A stretch of DNA of 63,663 nt, counting the filler, from Candidatus Fermentibacterota bacterium (GTDB taxonomy: Bacteria > JAFGKV01): NCBI GenBank assembly GCA_016928395.1. It is 5 parts of 5 records of this genome, joined end to end, with 100 filler letters (N's around TTAATTAATTAA, not from the genome) between each part and the next. Parts side by side here need not be neighbours in the genome. Positions count along the whole stretch, not along the records: positions 28,403 to 59,010 come from JAFGKV010000019.1; 4 more parts are not named here. One strand, 5' to 3'. Shown piece after piece: positions 47,346 to 57,390 of this stretch (position 1 is the stretch's first letter; each line of letters opens with the position of its first letter). The position numbers and the translations under genes are program-made. The notes under the pieces are model-generated. The model searched no databases. It was given only the letters and a program-made list of their open reading frames with translations, and was not told where the DNA came from.

Positions 47346-48346
47346 AAAGCAAGGAATTCACCGTTCTGATCGCTACGTTGGCTGTGCTGGTAATCCTCCT
47401 CTTGTTGTTCGCGAATCCGTTCAAGCAGCCGGGCGCACACACGACCAAAGGAGCGCCGCTCTTCCCTGCGCTCTTGGCCAAGGAGCCTGCCCGGATCGAG
47501 GTGGACGGTGCCAACGATGTGGCCGTATGGAAGCACGACGACGAGTGGCTCGTTGCGGGAGACACCGAGGAAGAGGTATTTCCCGCCGACACTGCCGGAG
47601 TGTACCGGGCGATTCGGGCCGCCCAGGCAGCACTCACCAAGGACCTGGTCTCGGATAACCCGGAGAAACAGGCCCTGTTCGAAGTGGATTCATCCGGTGC
47701 CATGGTAAGGATTCTGGCTTCAGACAGCACCGTTCTGGCCGATTTCGTCATCGGAAAGAGCGGCAGTGACTATGCGACCAACTATGTGCGACCGCAGGGC
47801 CGTAATGGCGTCTATCTCGTGGGAGACCGCATCAAGAGCCAATTTGACCGTGCGGGCCGCGGGCTCCGCGACATGTTTCTCTTTAAGATGCCCAAAGAGG
47901 ATATCGCGCGGATCGATCTTACCCACGCTGATACCCTCATTTCCCTGCAGGCCGGCGAAAACGGCAACTGGGAAATGGTGGCGCCCCGCCAGGGGATGGT
48001 GAAGAAAGACCTGGCCGTACGCATCGTGAACACGCTGGCCAACTTCCGAGCCGACGATGTTGTTGGCAGAGAGAGCAATGACAAGGGGTTTGAAAGCCCC
48101 TTCATCCGGGTTGGCGTCGTGGTGAGGGACGGCACTGATCACACGATCCTCGTTGGGGACACCACCGCCGTAGAGGGACGGCGATTTGCGCGCGTGGAAG
48201 GCCGGGCATGGGTCTATGAGATCGGCGCATACCGTATCGAGACTCTGACGAAGCCTGTGGACGAGATGCTGGAACCGCCTCCGGATCCGAGCGATTCGCT
48301 GGCTGTTTCGGAACCCGCCTCGTTTCCCATGACCCTGCCTGACTGA
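47342..48346 (+). CDS. DUF4340 domain protein
   Basis: N-terminal TM; repeated W-x-P/IG..YVR pattern; usual fourth gene of Gld-like ABC operons. Confidence 0.75.
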   Translation: MKSKEFTVLIATLAVLVILLLLFANPFKQPGAHTTKGAPLFPALLAKEPARIEVDGANDVAVWKHDDEWLVAGDTEEEVFPADTAGVYRAIRAAQAALTKDLVSDNPEKQALFEVDSSGAMVRILASDSTVLADFVIGKSGSDYATNYVRPQGRNGVYLVGDRIKSQFDRAGRGLRDMFLFKMPKEDIARIDLTHADTLISLQAGENGNWEMVAPRQGMVKKDLAVRIVNTLANFRADDVVGRESNDKGFESPFIRVGVVVRDGTDHTILVGDTTAVEGRRFARVEGRAWVYEIGAYRIETLTKPVDEMLEPPPDPSDSLAVSEPASFPMTLPD

Positions 48347-48370
48347 TCGTCGGTCGATTCAGTTAGTCTT

Positions 48371-48403
48371 AGAGCCCCCGGAGGTGCCGCCTCCGGGGGC
48401 TCT
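48371..48403. terminator. Terminator hairpin between convergent genes
   Basis: Perfect 14-bp stem AGAGCCCCCGGAGG/CCTCCGGGGGCTCT, 24 nt after the stop. Confidence 0.75.
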
Positions 48404-48476
48404 GTGTTCCGGCTCCTCACCGTGCCCGCAGTCTTGGCCTCCGCGACTGCGCCCTGGCGGACATCAGCCATCATGA

Positions 48477-48875
48477 TCACCAGAGCGAGCGAGCTCCCGG
48501 ATAGGCGAGAATTCGTCTGTCGGAAGTGAGGATGGTCGCGTTCTCGTCTTGAGCCGTCGCCACGATGATCCAGTCGGCAGGATCATCATGAAAGGGTGCG
48601 GGAAGCACCGTTGCATGGTAGGCGATCCGGGGCGTCAGCGGAACGAGGCGGAGCTTGGCCATCTCCAGAGCGATACGCATCCATTCCTCAGGCTCACACG
48701 AGATGACAAGTCGCTTCTTCTCGAGGAGTTTGAAGAACTACCAGGGTGAGATCGCGGAAAGGAGGAGTTCCGAGTACTCCGCCGGGTTCCCGATCAAGGA
48801 CCTCACGCGATGGCTGAGACTCTGCGGCCGCTGATTCCACCAGATCCACACGTGCGTATCCATGAGGTAGGTCAC
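48477..48875 (-). pseudogene. vapC: VapC PIN-domain toxin interrupted by an in-frame TAG
   Basis: YLMDTHVWIW...SAISPW*FFKL...HDDPADWIIVATA...TSD; TAG at 48738-48740 (codon 46). Confidence 0.85.
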
Positions 48876-49105
48876 TGGGCAGCCTCCCAACTGCCTGGTC
48901 CCAGCGGCGTCACGATATCGATCTCCCTGACCAAGGCATCCGCCAGCCTCCCCGGGACAGGGTACCCCGTGTCGCCGGCATAGGGAACGACTCGGGCTAT
49001 CGGCTTGCGCCGCTTCGTGATGACAAGCTCTTCACGGGTCTCGGCGACCTCCTCGATGACCCGCAGAGCGTGAGTCCTAAACTTGCTGATCGCCATGGTC
49101 TTCAC
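48872..49105 (-). CDS. Phd/YefM-family antitoxin
   Basis: MAISKFRTHALRVIEEV...VITKRRKPIARVVP; GTGA overlap with the toxin; AGGAGG RBS. Confidence 0.88.
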   Translation of the reverse strand: MKTMAISKFRTHALRVIEEVAETREELVITKRRKPIARVVPYAGDTGYPVPGRLADALVREIDIVTPLGPGSWEAAQ

Positions 49106-49106
49106 C

Positions 49107-49754
49107 GCTGCCTCCTGGATGGCCTCGGGGGAGGCGGCCAGCGACTACTTTGGCCTTTCGGTGGCGACGGCGGGGGACGTAGATGGAGACGGCTACTCGG
49201 ACGTGGTGGTCGGAGCCTACGGGAACGCGAGTAATACCGGGAGGGCATACCTGTACGGCGGCAATGACGGTGACGACCTGGGTGTGCTCCCCCGCCAGTG
49301 GAGGATCGACCTACTCACCCCAGTGGTCCCGGCCCTGAAGACCGGGTCGCAGACCGAGGCGAGCTAGGGGCTTCTGGCCAGGACGTTCTTTGGACGCAGC
49401 GATGTCAGGGCTCAGTTCGAGGTCAAGCCTCTGGGCACGCCCTTTGACGGGACGGGCCTGGTGACCACTGACTGGGCCGACGCAGGCACCGCGGATGCCG
49501 CAGTGAGCCAGGTTGTCGGAGGGCTGAGCAACGGCACTATGTACGCGTGGCGGGCGTGGGTCGGATACCGCATGAGCGACTGCGCGCCGCAGCCGCCTGG
49601 CCGTTGGATCTATCAGCCGTACAAGGGCGGGCTGGGCGAGGCTGACTTCCAGGTCGGGGGCTACGACCCGCCTGGTGCGCCAACGCTGCACATCACGACG
49701 CTGAGCCCGAGGGGGGACGGTCTCTTGACGGTACCCGGTAATACGCGTGGTTGA
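49107..49754 (+). pseudogene. Remnant of an FG-GAP (integrin-alpha repeat) surface protein
   Basis: DYFGLSVATAGDVDGDGYSDVVVGAY...GRAYLY; in-frame TAG at 49365-49367, after which the frame continues (QFEVKPLGTPFDG); N-terminus missing. Confidence 0.7.
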
Positions 49755-49817
49755 GCCCCGCGAGGACTCGTGGCGGCCGAGAATAGTACGTCATCGATGA
49801 TGGAAGGGAGTCGCATC

Positions 49818-50294
49818 ATGTCGATCCAGCTTCATGTGCGCGTCCTCACATTGCTGGAGCAGAATGAACTGGCCATGGCGGAGCTTTACCGGCAGTGCGC
49901 CACGCACGTCGTGGAACACGCCGGATTCTGGAATGACTTGGTCACTGAGGAACAAACTCACGCACTTATGTTCCAGGTGATGCGGTCGCTGGTGGAAGAG
50001 GGGGACATCGACTTGAGTCACCGCGAATCCTGGGAAAATGTGGCGGCAATGGCGGAGGCCGTAAAGAGGGAGATCGATGCCATCAAGGGACAGACGCTCT
50101 CTGCGTTGGAAGCGCTCAGATTCGCTGACGCCATGGAGCAGAACTTCACCGAGAGCAGAGCGTTCCTCGTGTATCCCAATGATCCTCCGGAGCTGGTGAG
50201 ACTGCTGTCGTCAGTCGCGAATGACAGCAGACGCCACGCGGACAGGATCCGCGAGCTGGCGTTGCGCATCGAGGAGGAGTCGGCCATCGGCTGA
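49818..50294 (+). CDS. Ferritin-like (rubrerythrin-type) four-helix protein
   Basis: E..MAELY, EEQTH, AME, DSRRH pattern. Confidence 0.7.
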   Translation: MSIQLHVRVLTLLEQNELAMAELYRQCATHVVEHAGFWNDLVTEEQTHALMFQVMRSLVEEGDIDLSHRESWENVAAMAEAVKREIDAIKGQTLSALEALRFADAMEQNFTESRAFLVYPNDPPELVRLLSSVANDSRRHADRIRELALRIEEESAIG

Positions 50295-50368
50295 AGGGAT
50301 CTCGTCTCCTTCGCCGCAGGGCATTCGGTTTCCCGAGTCTCATGGCATTGCCTACGACGAGGCGGCTC

Positions 50369-53300
50369 TCAGTAGTCTTTCGTGAGAGAGATCTCCACCG
50401 AGGAATCTCCGCTGTCGCCGACCCAGGTCTTCAGGCGGAGGATCTCCGATATCAGGTACTCCAAAGTGAGGTAGGTAGGGCTGTCGCCCGATAGGTCGCG
50501 CTCGTAGCCGACCAGCAAGCGAGGACTGAGGTACTTGCCCACGGTCAATGCATCGGCCGAGCCCGAAGCCTGCCCTTCACCGAACTTCACCAGATCCAGA
50601 CCCAGGGTCTTCGACACCATCGCCTGCAGTTCGCCGACTCCCCGCAGCGAGGCGATCTGGGTGAGCCGCTCCCGGATGAGATCGACCTGGCCGCTGCTGA
50701 GCTGGTCTGTGGGGCGGCCCAGAATGAGATACGAGACAATCTCGGCTTCCGGCAATTCCGGCTCTGAACTGAGTTCGATCTCCGGCTCGCTCAGGGTCCC
50801 GCTCATGGCGATCTGGAAGGTGGCATCGGCGACCCTTGACCGAACGAGAATGTCCAGCACAGGATCAGGGGGATGCTTGCCGTAGAAGACCAAAGAGCCG
50901 CGCTCCAGCGTGAAGGTTCTCCCCAGGTAGTCCAGGCGACCCTGCACGGTTCTGAGAGTGCCGGTGATCACCGGGGCCGTGGTGTAGGCAAGACGGAGTT
51001 CCCCCGCAACCTCGATATTCAGGCCCTGCCCCCGGACCCAGAGACCACCCGGTACCGACAGCTCGATATCCACATCGGGTTCAATTACTGGGGGAGGCGA
51101 CCCCGATACGCCTCGACCCTTGGGCGCCCTGTGGGCGTACTGAGGCGCCGAGCCGAATGGGGCAGAGGGAAGAGACCACAACATGGCCTCTCCTTCGACA
51201 TCGTGCACGACTCGCGGCGCCTCAGGGAGCATGATGACGCCGTTGAGCACCGAAACCTCACCCCTGGCCGACGGCTTCGCCAGGGATCCTCCGATGATCA
51301 GGTCTATGTCTGCGGTGACTCTTGAACCGTTGGGCAGGCTCACCTCGGCCTGTCGGGCTGTGACAGATCCCTTCAACGCCGGGAGGGCGGCAGGACCGCT
51401 GAGTTGGAGATCGACGGCACAGGTGCCTTTCAGTTTCGTTCTGTCGGGAAGGTAGCCATCGCTCATGTTCAGGGGAAACCGGGGTGCGCGAAGGGTCAGA
51501 TTCACCTCGCTGGTGTCAGGCCAGAGGATGTAGGGTGCGGCCACAGAGTGATGGAGGGCTGTCTGGCCTGTTGCCGTCACGAGCGTGTCCCGGCCGGCAA
51601 CGGCCAAAAGCATGACGTCGACGGATCCGACCGTCCATGCGGCCCGCCCCACCACGCGGTCTGCCTCGGTGCCGAGTGAGTTTGGCGTGAGACTGCCTCG
51701 GAGGATCAGCTTTCGCGCCGGCTCTTTCTTGTGGCCGGGAAGCGAGAGAAGGCCGTCAAGCTCGCCCCGCGGGGCAGCCATCGTACCGCCCACCACCATG
51801 GTGCCGTGGAACACCGCGGGGGGGCCGGCGGCGAGGGAGCCTCCCAAGGGGATCACGAGGCTCTCGGCAGCGACCTCGGCATGAATCGGCCCATCAGCCC
51901 AGAGAATTGCCACAGGCCACAGGGCGATGCGCAAAGGTGCGGTCATGACGCCGGTGAGGGCGACTCTACCGGATGAGTCGCTGACGGACAGATTGGCCGC
52001 GATGCCTTCGCGCCCGGCGTGGGCGACTCCCCATGCCGTGGTGGCGCCCGCGGGCAGCGTCATATCCGAGACCCGCCAGGTAGCCACCAACGTGTCGACC
52101 CCCACGCCCTGGAGCCGTGCCTCGATCTTTGCTCCCTGAAGTTCGGGCGGTATGGGGAGGGTATGCGCGTCGGGGGGGAGACGGGCGCTTAACTGGGCAG
52201 CGAAGTCCGATCCATCAGGCGAGAGGGTGCCGTCGGCGCGGAGTGAACCAAATTCACCGGTCATGGAGAGGCCATCGATGCGCAGGCGCGTATGCACAGG
52301 GTCGTAGGAGACGGTGAACGGTGCAGAGGCTTCCAGGGCCTCTCCCTTGTGCCACAAGCCCAGGGAATCGACCTGTATGCGCAGGATCTCGTCTAGCACG
52401 GGAACGGTTAGCCGGGTCATGGCCCCCATGCCGTCTCCCTCCGCTCTCAGGGTCAGCGTGCCGGGCAGCGGCGCTGGGCCACCATCGGCTGCGTAGTGCG
52501 CGCGTATGTCGGTCAGTTCGAGGGCCATGCCCTGCAGGCCCTGGGGCGCTCTGAGGGCCACCTCCAGCCCGCCGGGCCACCATGATGCCTCAGCTTCCAC
52601 CGAAGGCGCCACAATGCCCCCGGCACCGACAGATCCAAAGGTCGTCGCATGGAGCTTCCAGTCACCTTCATCGAATTCATACCGTGCGCGGGCCGTGAGC
52701 CCGCCGTCGAAATCTGGTGGCAGAGACGGAAGCACACCGCGGAGCGCCGCGAGATGGTCGAACGAGGCGGACAGTTCCGCTCTGCTCTGTGATGGGCCCA
52801 CTGTGCCGGAACCGCCCATGCGGCCAAGGAAGAAGGCAACGTCAACCGTATCCACGGTGACCAGATGCCCGTCCACACAAAACTGCGCCACAGCGCTGTC
52901 GATCCATCCGGCAGCAGCCAGCCGGGCATGGCCGGCGATCCGGGACAGCGAGTCAACGAGAGCGGAGAATTCACCCTCAATGGGGCCCAGATCCGCGAGG
53001 CGGGCCTCAGGCCCAAACGCGGCGCACTGTGCGGGGCCGGGCAGGCGCATGGTCCCGTGGATGCGGTGTACAACCGGTCTATCAGGCGCGAAGTCGGCCT
53101 GGATTTCGATGAAGAAGGGAGCCCCCTCCTTCCACGCGGCAGCCACCCGCACTGCATCGTGGGGCTTAGAGCCCGCTGCGACAATCGCAGGCAGGCGCGG
53201 CCATTCCGCCCGAGCTTTGAGGGAGTTTTCGGTTCCGGGGCCAATCGAGCCGGCAAGGGCGATGTTCCCCTCGTCACCGACCAGCCTCACGCCGGCAAGA

Positions 53301-54838
53301 TGCAGGGCCTTGCCGTTGAGATCGAAATCGATCGCCCCGTCACGCTCCAATGTCGTCGAGTCAGCCTCGGTCGTGGCGAGATGGATGGGTTCGAGCCGGG
53401 CGGTGACCGTGTCGCCGTCAACATCGATGTGACCCCGGGCACGCAGATAGTGGCCGGTGCCCAATCCGTGGAGAGTGAACACCACTGGCTCGGCAAGAAG
53501 CGCGGGAGTGGCGAGATCCAGTACCAATGAATCGACCTGCATACCGCCTGACCCGCCTCCGGCGCTGAGGCGGCCGTGGAGGGCCGGCGAACTGATTGGG
53601 CCGTCGGCGCTCAGGGAGAGGCCCGCAAAGGCCAAGGCCTCCAGAGCGGGGGAATCGAGCCAGACAGCGGTTTCCGATGCGTCTATCAAAGAGATGCGGC
53701 CCCTGCCGTGAAGGAGCGATTCGACGAGATGCCCCCCCGCATCTATCCGGATACCGGGCAGGGCGACGTCGAGGGTGTCGAGGGTGATTTTCCCGCGTTC
53801 GGCCCTGAGGCGCAGACTGCCCTGACGGATGACATCGTTGGGTTGCGCTTCGATCCGCATGTGGGCATCGACTCCCTCGCGCCATGTCACGGATCCGTCT
53901 ACCAGCGCATGGGTGCGCGGCAGATGGGGGAATGCGGAGGCGCCCTCTCCGGCGGGAATCAGGTCGTCAGAGCCGGGAGTGATCGCGTGGCCCTGGAATC
54001 CGATTCCCTGGATGAGCCGGCCGTCCCGCTGGAACGCACAGGCCAGCCAGAGGCCATACGGTTCTGCCGAAGGATCCTTCATGGCCCGAATCACCGAGAG
54101 CCTGAGGGAATCGGCGCCCGTGGATGCGACATCAACGAGCATCCGCCACTCTTCATGCACCCGCACGGCGAGGCTGCCACGATAGATGCCGCGTCCGGTA
54201 TCTATCTCCACGGCCCCATCAGTGTCCACCAGGCCTGGGCCCGCACGAACCCGAAGCTCCCTGAGCACGAGGCGGGGGTCGCGCCCGTACCGGTTATCAA
54301 AGGAACCGGCACATTGGGCCTCGTGGATGACGACTGAGTCGCTCACGCTCAGGCCCGTCACCGTGATGTCGAATGAGTTCACTCCGATGGACGGAATCAC
54401 GCCTATGGCCCCCGGTCGCGGGAATGGGGCTTGGGCCTTGGAGGTGTCCTGCGAGGATGAGACCGGGATGGCCTGGAGGTTTCCGCGGAGTGATCCGATC
54501 AGAAGCTCGTGGACGGAGACATCTCTTCGGATGAGAGCAGGGAGATGCGCCCGGATCTCCAGGTAGTCACAGGCCAGCAGCGTATCGCCTTCGCTCACCC
54601 ACGACACGCCCTCAAGCCTCAGGTGACCCGGCGACGGCCATGTGAGGCGATGCACCGAGATCACGCCCGGGACCGACGCCTGCAACCGGTCCATGGCCAC
54701 ACGGGACAGCCCAACTCGAACCCACGGCAGCAGCAGACTCAGCATGAGCACGAGCACGAGCCCCAGGAGTGTCGTCACAGCGATGACGGCACTGCGACGG
54801 AATCGGCCACGTCGAGTCGTCGTCATAGGGCTGCTCAT
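50369..54838 (-). CDS. tamB: Translocation/assembly module TamB
   Basis: 1489 aa; N-terminal TM; C-terminal DUF490-like region (VRGQGLNIEVAGEL, LSSEPELPEAEIVSYL, TVGKYLSPRL); downstream of the TamA-like gene. Confidence 0.85.
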   Translation of the reverse strand: MSSPMTTTRRGRFRRSAVIAVTTLLGLVLVLMLSLLLPWVRVGLSRVAMDRLQASVPGVISVHRLTWPSPGHLRLEGVSWVSEGDTLLACDYLEIRAHLPALIRRDVSVHELLIGSLRGNLQAIPVSSSQDTSKAQAPFPRPGAIGVIPSIGVNSFDITVTGLSVSDSVVIHEAQCAGSFDNRYGRDPRLVLRELRVRAGPGLVDTDGAVEIDTGRGIYRGSLAVRVHEEWRMLVDVASTGADSLRLSVIRAMKDPSAEPYGLWLACAFQRDGRLIQGIGFQGHAITPGSDDLIPAGEGASAFPHLPRTHALVDGSVTWREGVDAHMRIEAQPNDVIRQGSLRLRAERGKITLDTLDVALPGIRIDAGGHLVESLLHGRGRISLIDASETAVWLDSPALEALAFAGLSLSADGPISSPALHGRLSAGGGSGGMQVDSLVLDLATPALLAEPVVFTLHGLGTGHYLRARGHIDVDGDTVTARLEPIHLATTEADSTTLERDGAIDFDLNGKALHLAGVRLVGDEGNIALAGSIGPGTENSLKARAEWPRLPAIVAAGSKPHDAVRVAAAWKEGAPFFIEIQADFAPDRPVVHRIHGTMRLPGPAQCAAFGPEARLADLGPIEGEFSALVDSLSRIAGHARLAAAGWIDSAVAQFCVDGHLVTVDTVDVAFFLGRMGGSGTVGPSQSRAELSASFDHLAALRGVLPSLPPDFDGGLTARARYEFDEGDWKLHATTFGSVGAGGIVAPSVEAEASWWPGGLEVALRAPQGLQGMALELTDIRAHYAADGGPAPLPGTLTLRAEGDGMGAMTRLTVPVLDEILRIQVDSLGLWHKGEALEASAPFTVSYDPVHTRLRIDGLSMTGEFGSLRADGTLSPDGSDFAAQLSARLPPDAHTLPIPPELQGAKIEARLQGVGVDTLVATWRVSDMTLPAGATTAWGVAHAGREGIAANLSVSDSSGRVALTGVMTAPLRIALWPVAILWADGPIHAEVAAESLVIPLGGSLAAGPPAVFHGTMVVGGTMAAPRGELDGLLSLPGHKKEPARKLILRGSLTPNSLGTEADRVVGRAAWTVGSVDVMLLAVAGRDTLVTATGQTALHHSVAAPYILWPDTSEVNLTLRAPRFPLNMSDGYLPDRTKLKGTCAVDLQLSGPAALPALKGSVTARQAEVSLPNGSRVTADIDLIIGGSLAKPSARGEVSVLNGVIMLPEAPRVVHDVEGEAMLWSLPSAPFGSAPQYAHRAPKGRGVSGSPPPVIEPDVDIELSVPGGLWVRGQGLNIEVAGELRLAYTTAPVITGTLRTVQGRLDYLGRTFTLERGSLVFYGKHPPDPVLDILVRSRVADATFQIAMSGTLSEPEIELSSEPELPEAEIVSYLILGRPTDQLSSGQVDLIRERLTQIASLRGVGELQAMVSKTLGLDLVKFGEGQASGSADALTVGKYLSPRLLVGYERDLSGDSPTYLTLEYLISEILRLKTWVGDSGDSSVEISLTKDY

Positions 54839-54950
54839 TGTCGACTCCCCGCTTCGCCGCCCGCCTGCGTCTCATGCCGGGCCCAATCGACATCTGGGGT
54901 TTCCAGGGGTGTGGCCTCAGGGGAGCTCAGAATGGCCACCAGCGCCGCCC

Positions 54951-56882
54951 TCAGAATGGCTGGCCCAAGGCCAGATGATAGGCCCAAGCCGGCCCCGCAA
55001 TAAAGTCGGTGAGCCGTCGGGCCGCATCGACGCGGATATGGCCCACCGGCGTGGCGATCCGGATACCGCCCCCCACGGCGACTTCCACCTCGCGCAACCG
55101 TGCGGCCTGGGCCTCACTCCACACCTGGCCAGCGTCGATGAAACCCGCCAGGGTCAAGGGAGACACCACGGGCACCCTGAGCTCCAGGGCCGCCTCCATC
55201 AGGGTTGTGCCTCCCAGTGGATTACCCTCGTCGTCCAGGGGTCCCAGTTTGCGACGGGCGAAACCCCGCATGGAGGTCGCGCCGCCAGCGTAGAACCGTA
55301 CATCGGGGGGCAGATCCGTCGTGCCCTCGAATGCCCACACGCGGCCGGCCCTTATCTTGGCCGCGGCAACCGCTCCCATGACCGGTCGATAGAGGGCAAG
55401 GGAGGCATCCACCACCGCATACCGTACATCGGAGCGAATCCCGGGCACGGTAGACTCGGCCCTGAGCGAGGTGACCCATCCCTTTTGGGGGTCCATCCGA
55501 TTGTCGGAGCCATCGACGCCGAGTGTGGCAAATGCCAGGGATGCGACTTCGTGTTTGGCTGAGAGTTCAACGCCGTCCGGCGACAGTTGGCGATACGAGG
55601 AAATGGATTCCCGAAGGCCGATCTGGGCTGCGGAACGGAAGGAATGATAATACCGGGTCGAGACCTCAAGCTCGTACTTGTCGAGATCGTAGTTCTCCTC
55701 GCGCTGCCACTCTGCACCGGATCGTAGCTCCTGTCGGAGGGCGGCCCGCATGAGGCCGGGAAACCAGAGCCAGGCATTGACGGAACGAAGGTGACGGCTG
55801 TACAAAGCTCTGGTGAGCAGCCCCCTGCCGCCTCCCAAGAGGTTTCGATGGAGCCATCCGGCACGGAGGAGAAGCCCCTCATCGGTGCGCAGGCCGATTG
55901 CTCCTTCGATGGTGCGGGGATCAAGATCCGACAACTCGATGCGCAGATCTACGACTCCGGAGGTGTCTGGCCTTGATTCCAGGCCGACCTGCACTCTCCG
56001 GAACAGATCGAGCAGTCGTATGCGCTCTTCGATGCGCGCCACGACGCCCGGGGAATATACTGTGCCTTCGGGAATAGTGACCATGCGCCGGACGAGCCGA
56101 GCCAGATCATCCTGTGTGCCCTGAACATGGGAGAGGCCGAATCTGTACCGGAGACCGGGCTCGGCGACAAACCGTACCCTCACTCGGGTCGAATCCATGG
56201 GCTCCAGGGAGAGTCTCACTTCGGCAAAGGCGAAGCCCCGATCGCGGAGCTCGCTTCTCAGGAGAGCCGCGGTGGTGTCGACGCGGGCCTCGGAGAACCG
56301 CATCCCCACATCCAGTTCCTGTGTCGGCCATCCATCAGCGGAAGGAAACTCTTCGAGAGCGACCTCACCCACGGCGATTCGATTTCCTGGCTGGATGTCG
56401 AGGACGATGACCACGGCGCGCCGGTCGGAGACGGGGAAGATATGTGGATTCAGGCTAGCCCGGGGATAGCCGTTGCGCGCCAAGAACAGCAGAGTCCGCC
56501 GTAGGTCATCTTCCAGCAGATCCACCGAGAGGATGGATCGCTGCCGCTTCAGAAACCGCCTTCGGCTCTGGAGGGCGAGCCCGTCGACCAGGTCGCCGGC
56601 CAAGGATCCGTCGAGCCCATCCACAGTGTATCCGTTGACCGGGAGGCCTTTGAACGATGCGGCCACGGCGAGGATTGAAGGGGGATAGGGTTGCTGGGAG
56701 TAGCAGGGTTCGATTGGGGCAAGCGCAGTCATCAACGTGAGCACAGTGATGACAATGCCTCGCGGCGGGGCTGCTGATAGCCGGTCGCGCACAGATGGCG
56801 ACCTGAATCGCCCACCGCTTCCTGGGGGAAGGCAGAATGTCATGCCGAGAGGGGTTTGATGGTCGTGCACAGGCCTCTCCAT
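54951..56882 (-). CDS. tamA: TamA/BamA-family Omp85 outer membrane protein
   Basis: POTRA-like segments (RNGYP, DRGFAFA), HRNLLGGG, RFYAGGATSMRGF, TPVGHIRVD, terminal Phe. Start uncertain. Confidence 0.85.
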   Translation of the reverse strand: MERPVHDHQTPLGMTFCLPPGSGGRFRSPSVRDRLSAAPPRGIVITVLTLMTALAPIEPCYSQQPYPPSILAVAASFKGLPVNGYTVDGLDGSLAGDLVDGLALQSRRRFLKRQRSILSVDLLEDDLRRTLLFLARNGYPRASLNPHIFPVSDRRAVVIVLDIQPGNRIAVGEVALEEFPSADGWPTQELDVGMRFSEARVDTTAALLRSELRDRGFAFAEVRLSLEPMDSTRVRVRFVAEPGLRYRFGLSHVQGTQDDLARLVRRMVTIPEGTVYSPGVVARIEERIRLLDLFRRVQVGLESRPDTSGVVDLRIELSDLDPRTIEGAIGLRTDEGLLLRAGWLHRNLLGGGRGLLTRALYSRHLRSVNAWLWFPGLMRAALRQELRSGAEWQREENYDLDKYELEVSTRYYHSFRSAAQIGLRESISSYRQLSPDGVELSAKHEVASLAFATLGVDGSDNRMDPQKGWVTSLRAESTVPGIRSDVRYAVVDASLALYRPVMGAVAAAKIRAGRVWAFEGTTDLPPDVRFYAGGATSMRGFARRKLGPLDDEGNPLGGTTLMEAALELRVPVVSPLTLAGFIDAGQVWSEAQAARLREVEVAVGGGIRIATPVGHIRVDAARRLTDFIAGPAWAYHLALGQPF

Positions 56883-57036
56883 GTCCTGGGCTTTGAGCGT
56901 ATGCGCATTATACGCCTGGGACACCCGAGTGCAAGTCGCGACAGAGGCTGGAAGAGGTGAAGGGGTGAGGGGGTGAAGAGGTGAAGAGAGTGGGAACCCC
57001 GCAACCCCGCGTTTCTTGCACAGTCGCACCGGATTC

Positions 57037-57072
57037 ATATAGGACGTGTCATATATAGGACACGTCCTATAT
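57037..57072. repeat. Nested palindrome
   Basis: ATATAGGACGTGTC-atatatag-GACACGTCCTATAT: perfect 14-bp arms and an 8-bp spacer. Confidence 0.85.
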
Positions 57073-57390
57073 CACAAATCGGGGGCTTGGGTTGAGAAGA
57101 ACCGGCACAGAAGAAGTGGAGATGCCCGGCCTGCAACTTGTTCATGAGTAAGGGGTTACGCCATGGCAGACGCTCTGAGAGTCGAATCCGCGGGTTGTGC
57201 GTCGACCTCGATACGGAGCGCGACACCGATGCCTCTCCTCGGCGCGCTCCATAGTGAGGACGCGAGCCCGGTCGTGGCGGAGGCCATGACGGGGGCAGTG
57301 CGTGAACGGTTCAGTGAAGAGCGCCCTGACCGAGATGGCCACCAAAGGGGCACGTACGGATCGTGGAAGTGACGACACGGGGGACTGACA

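Noticed and set aside
48738..49367. Two nearby in-frame TAG codons as evidence of amber recoding
   Set aside because: TAG ends many intact genes here at their expected C-termini (e.g. 8276, 14051, 33790, 45740), and both affected genes show other signs of decay.
54926..54960. 11-bp direct repeat CTCAGAATGGC at the tamA stop as an att site or target duplication
   Set aside because: Only 13 bp separate the copies and no mobile gene is nearby; probably a local duplication.
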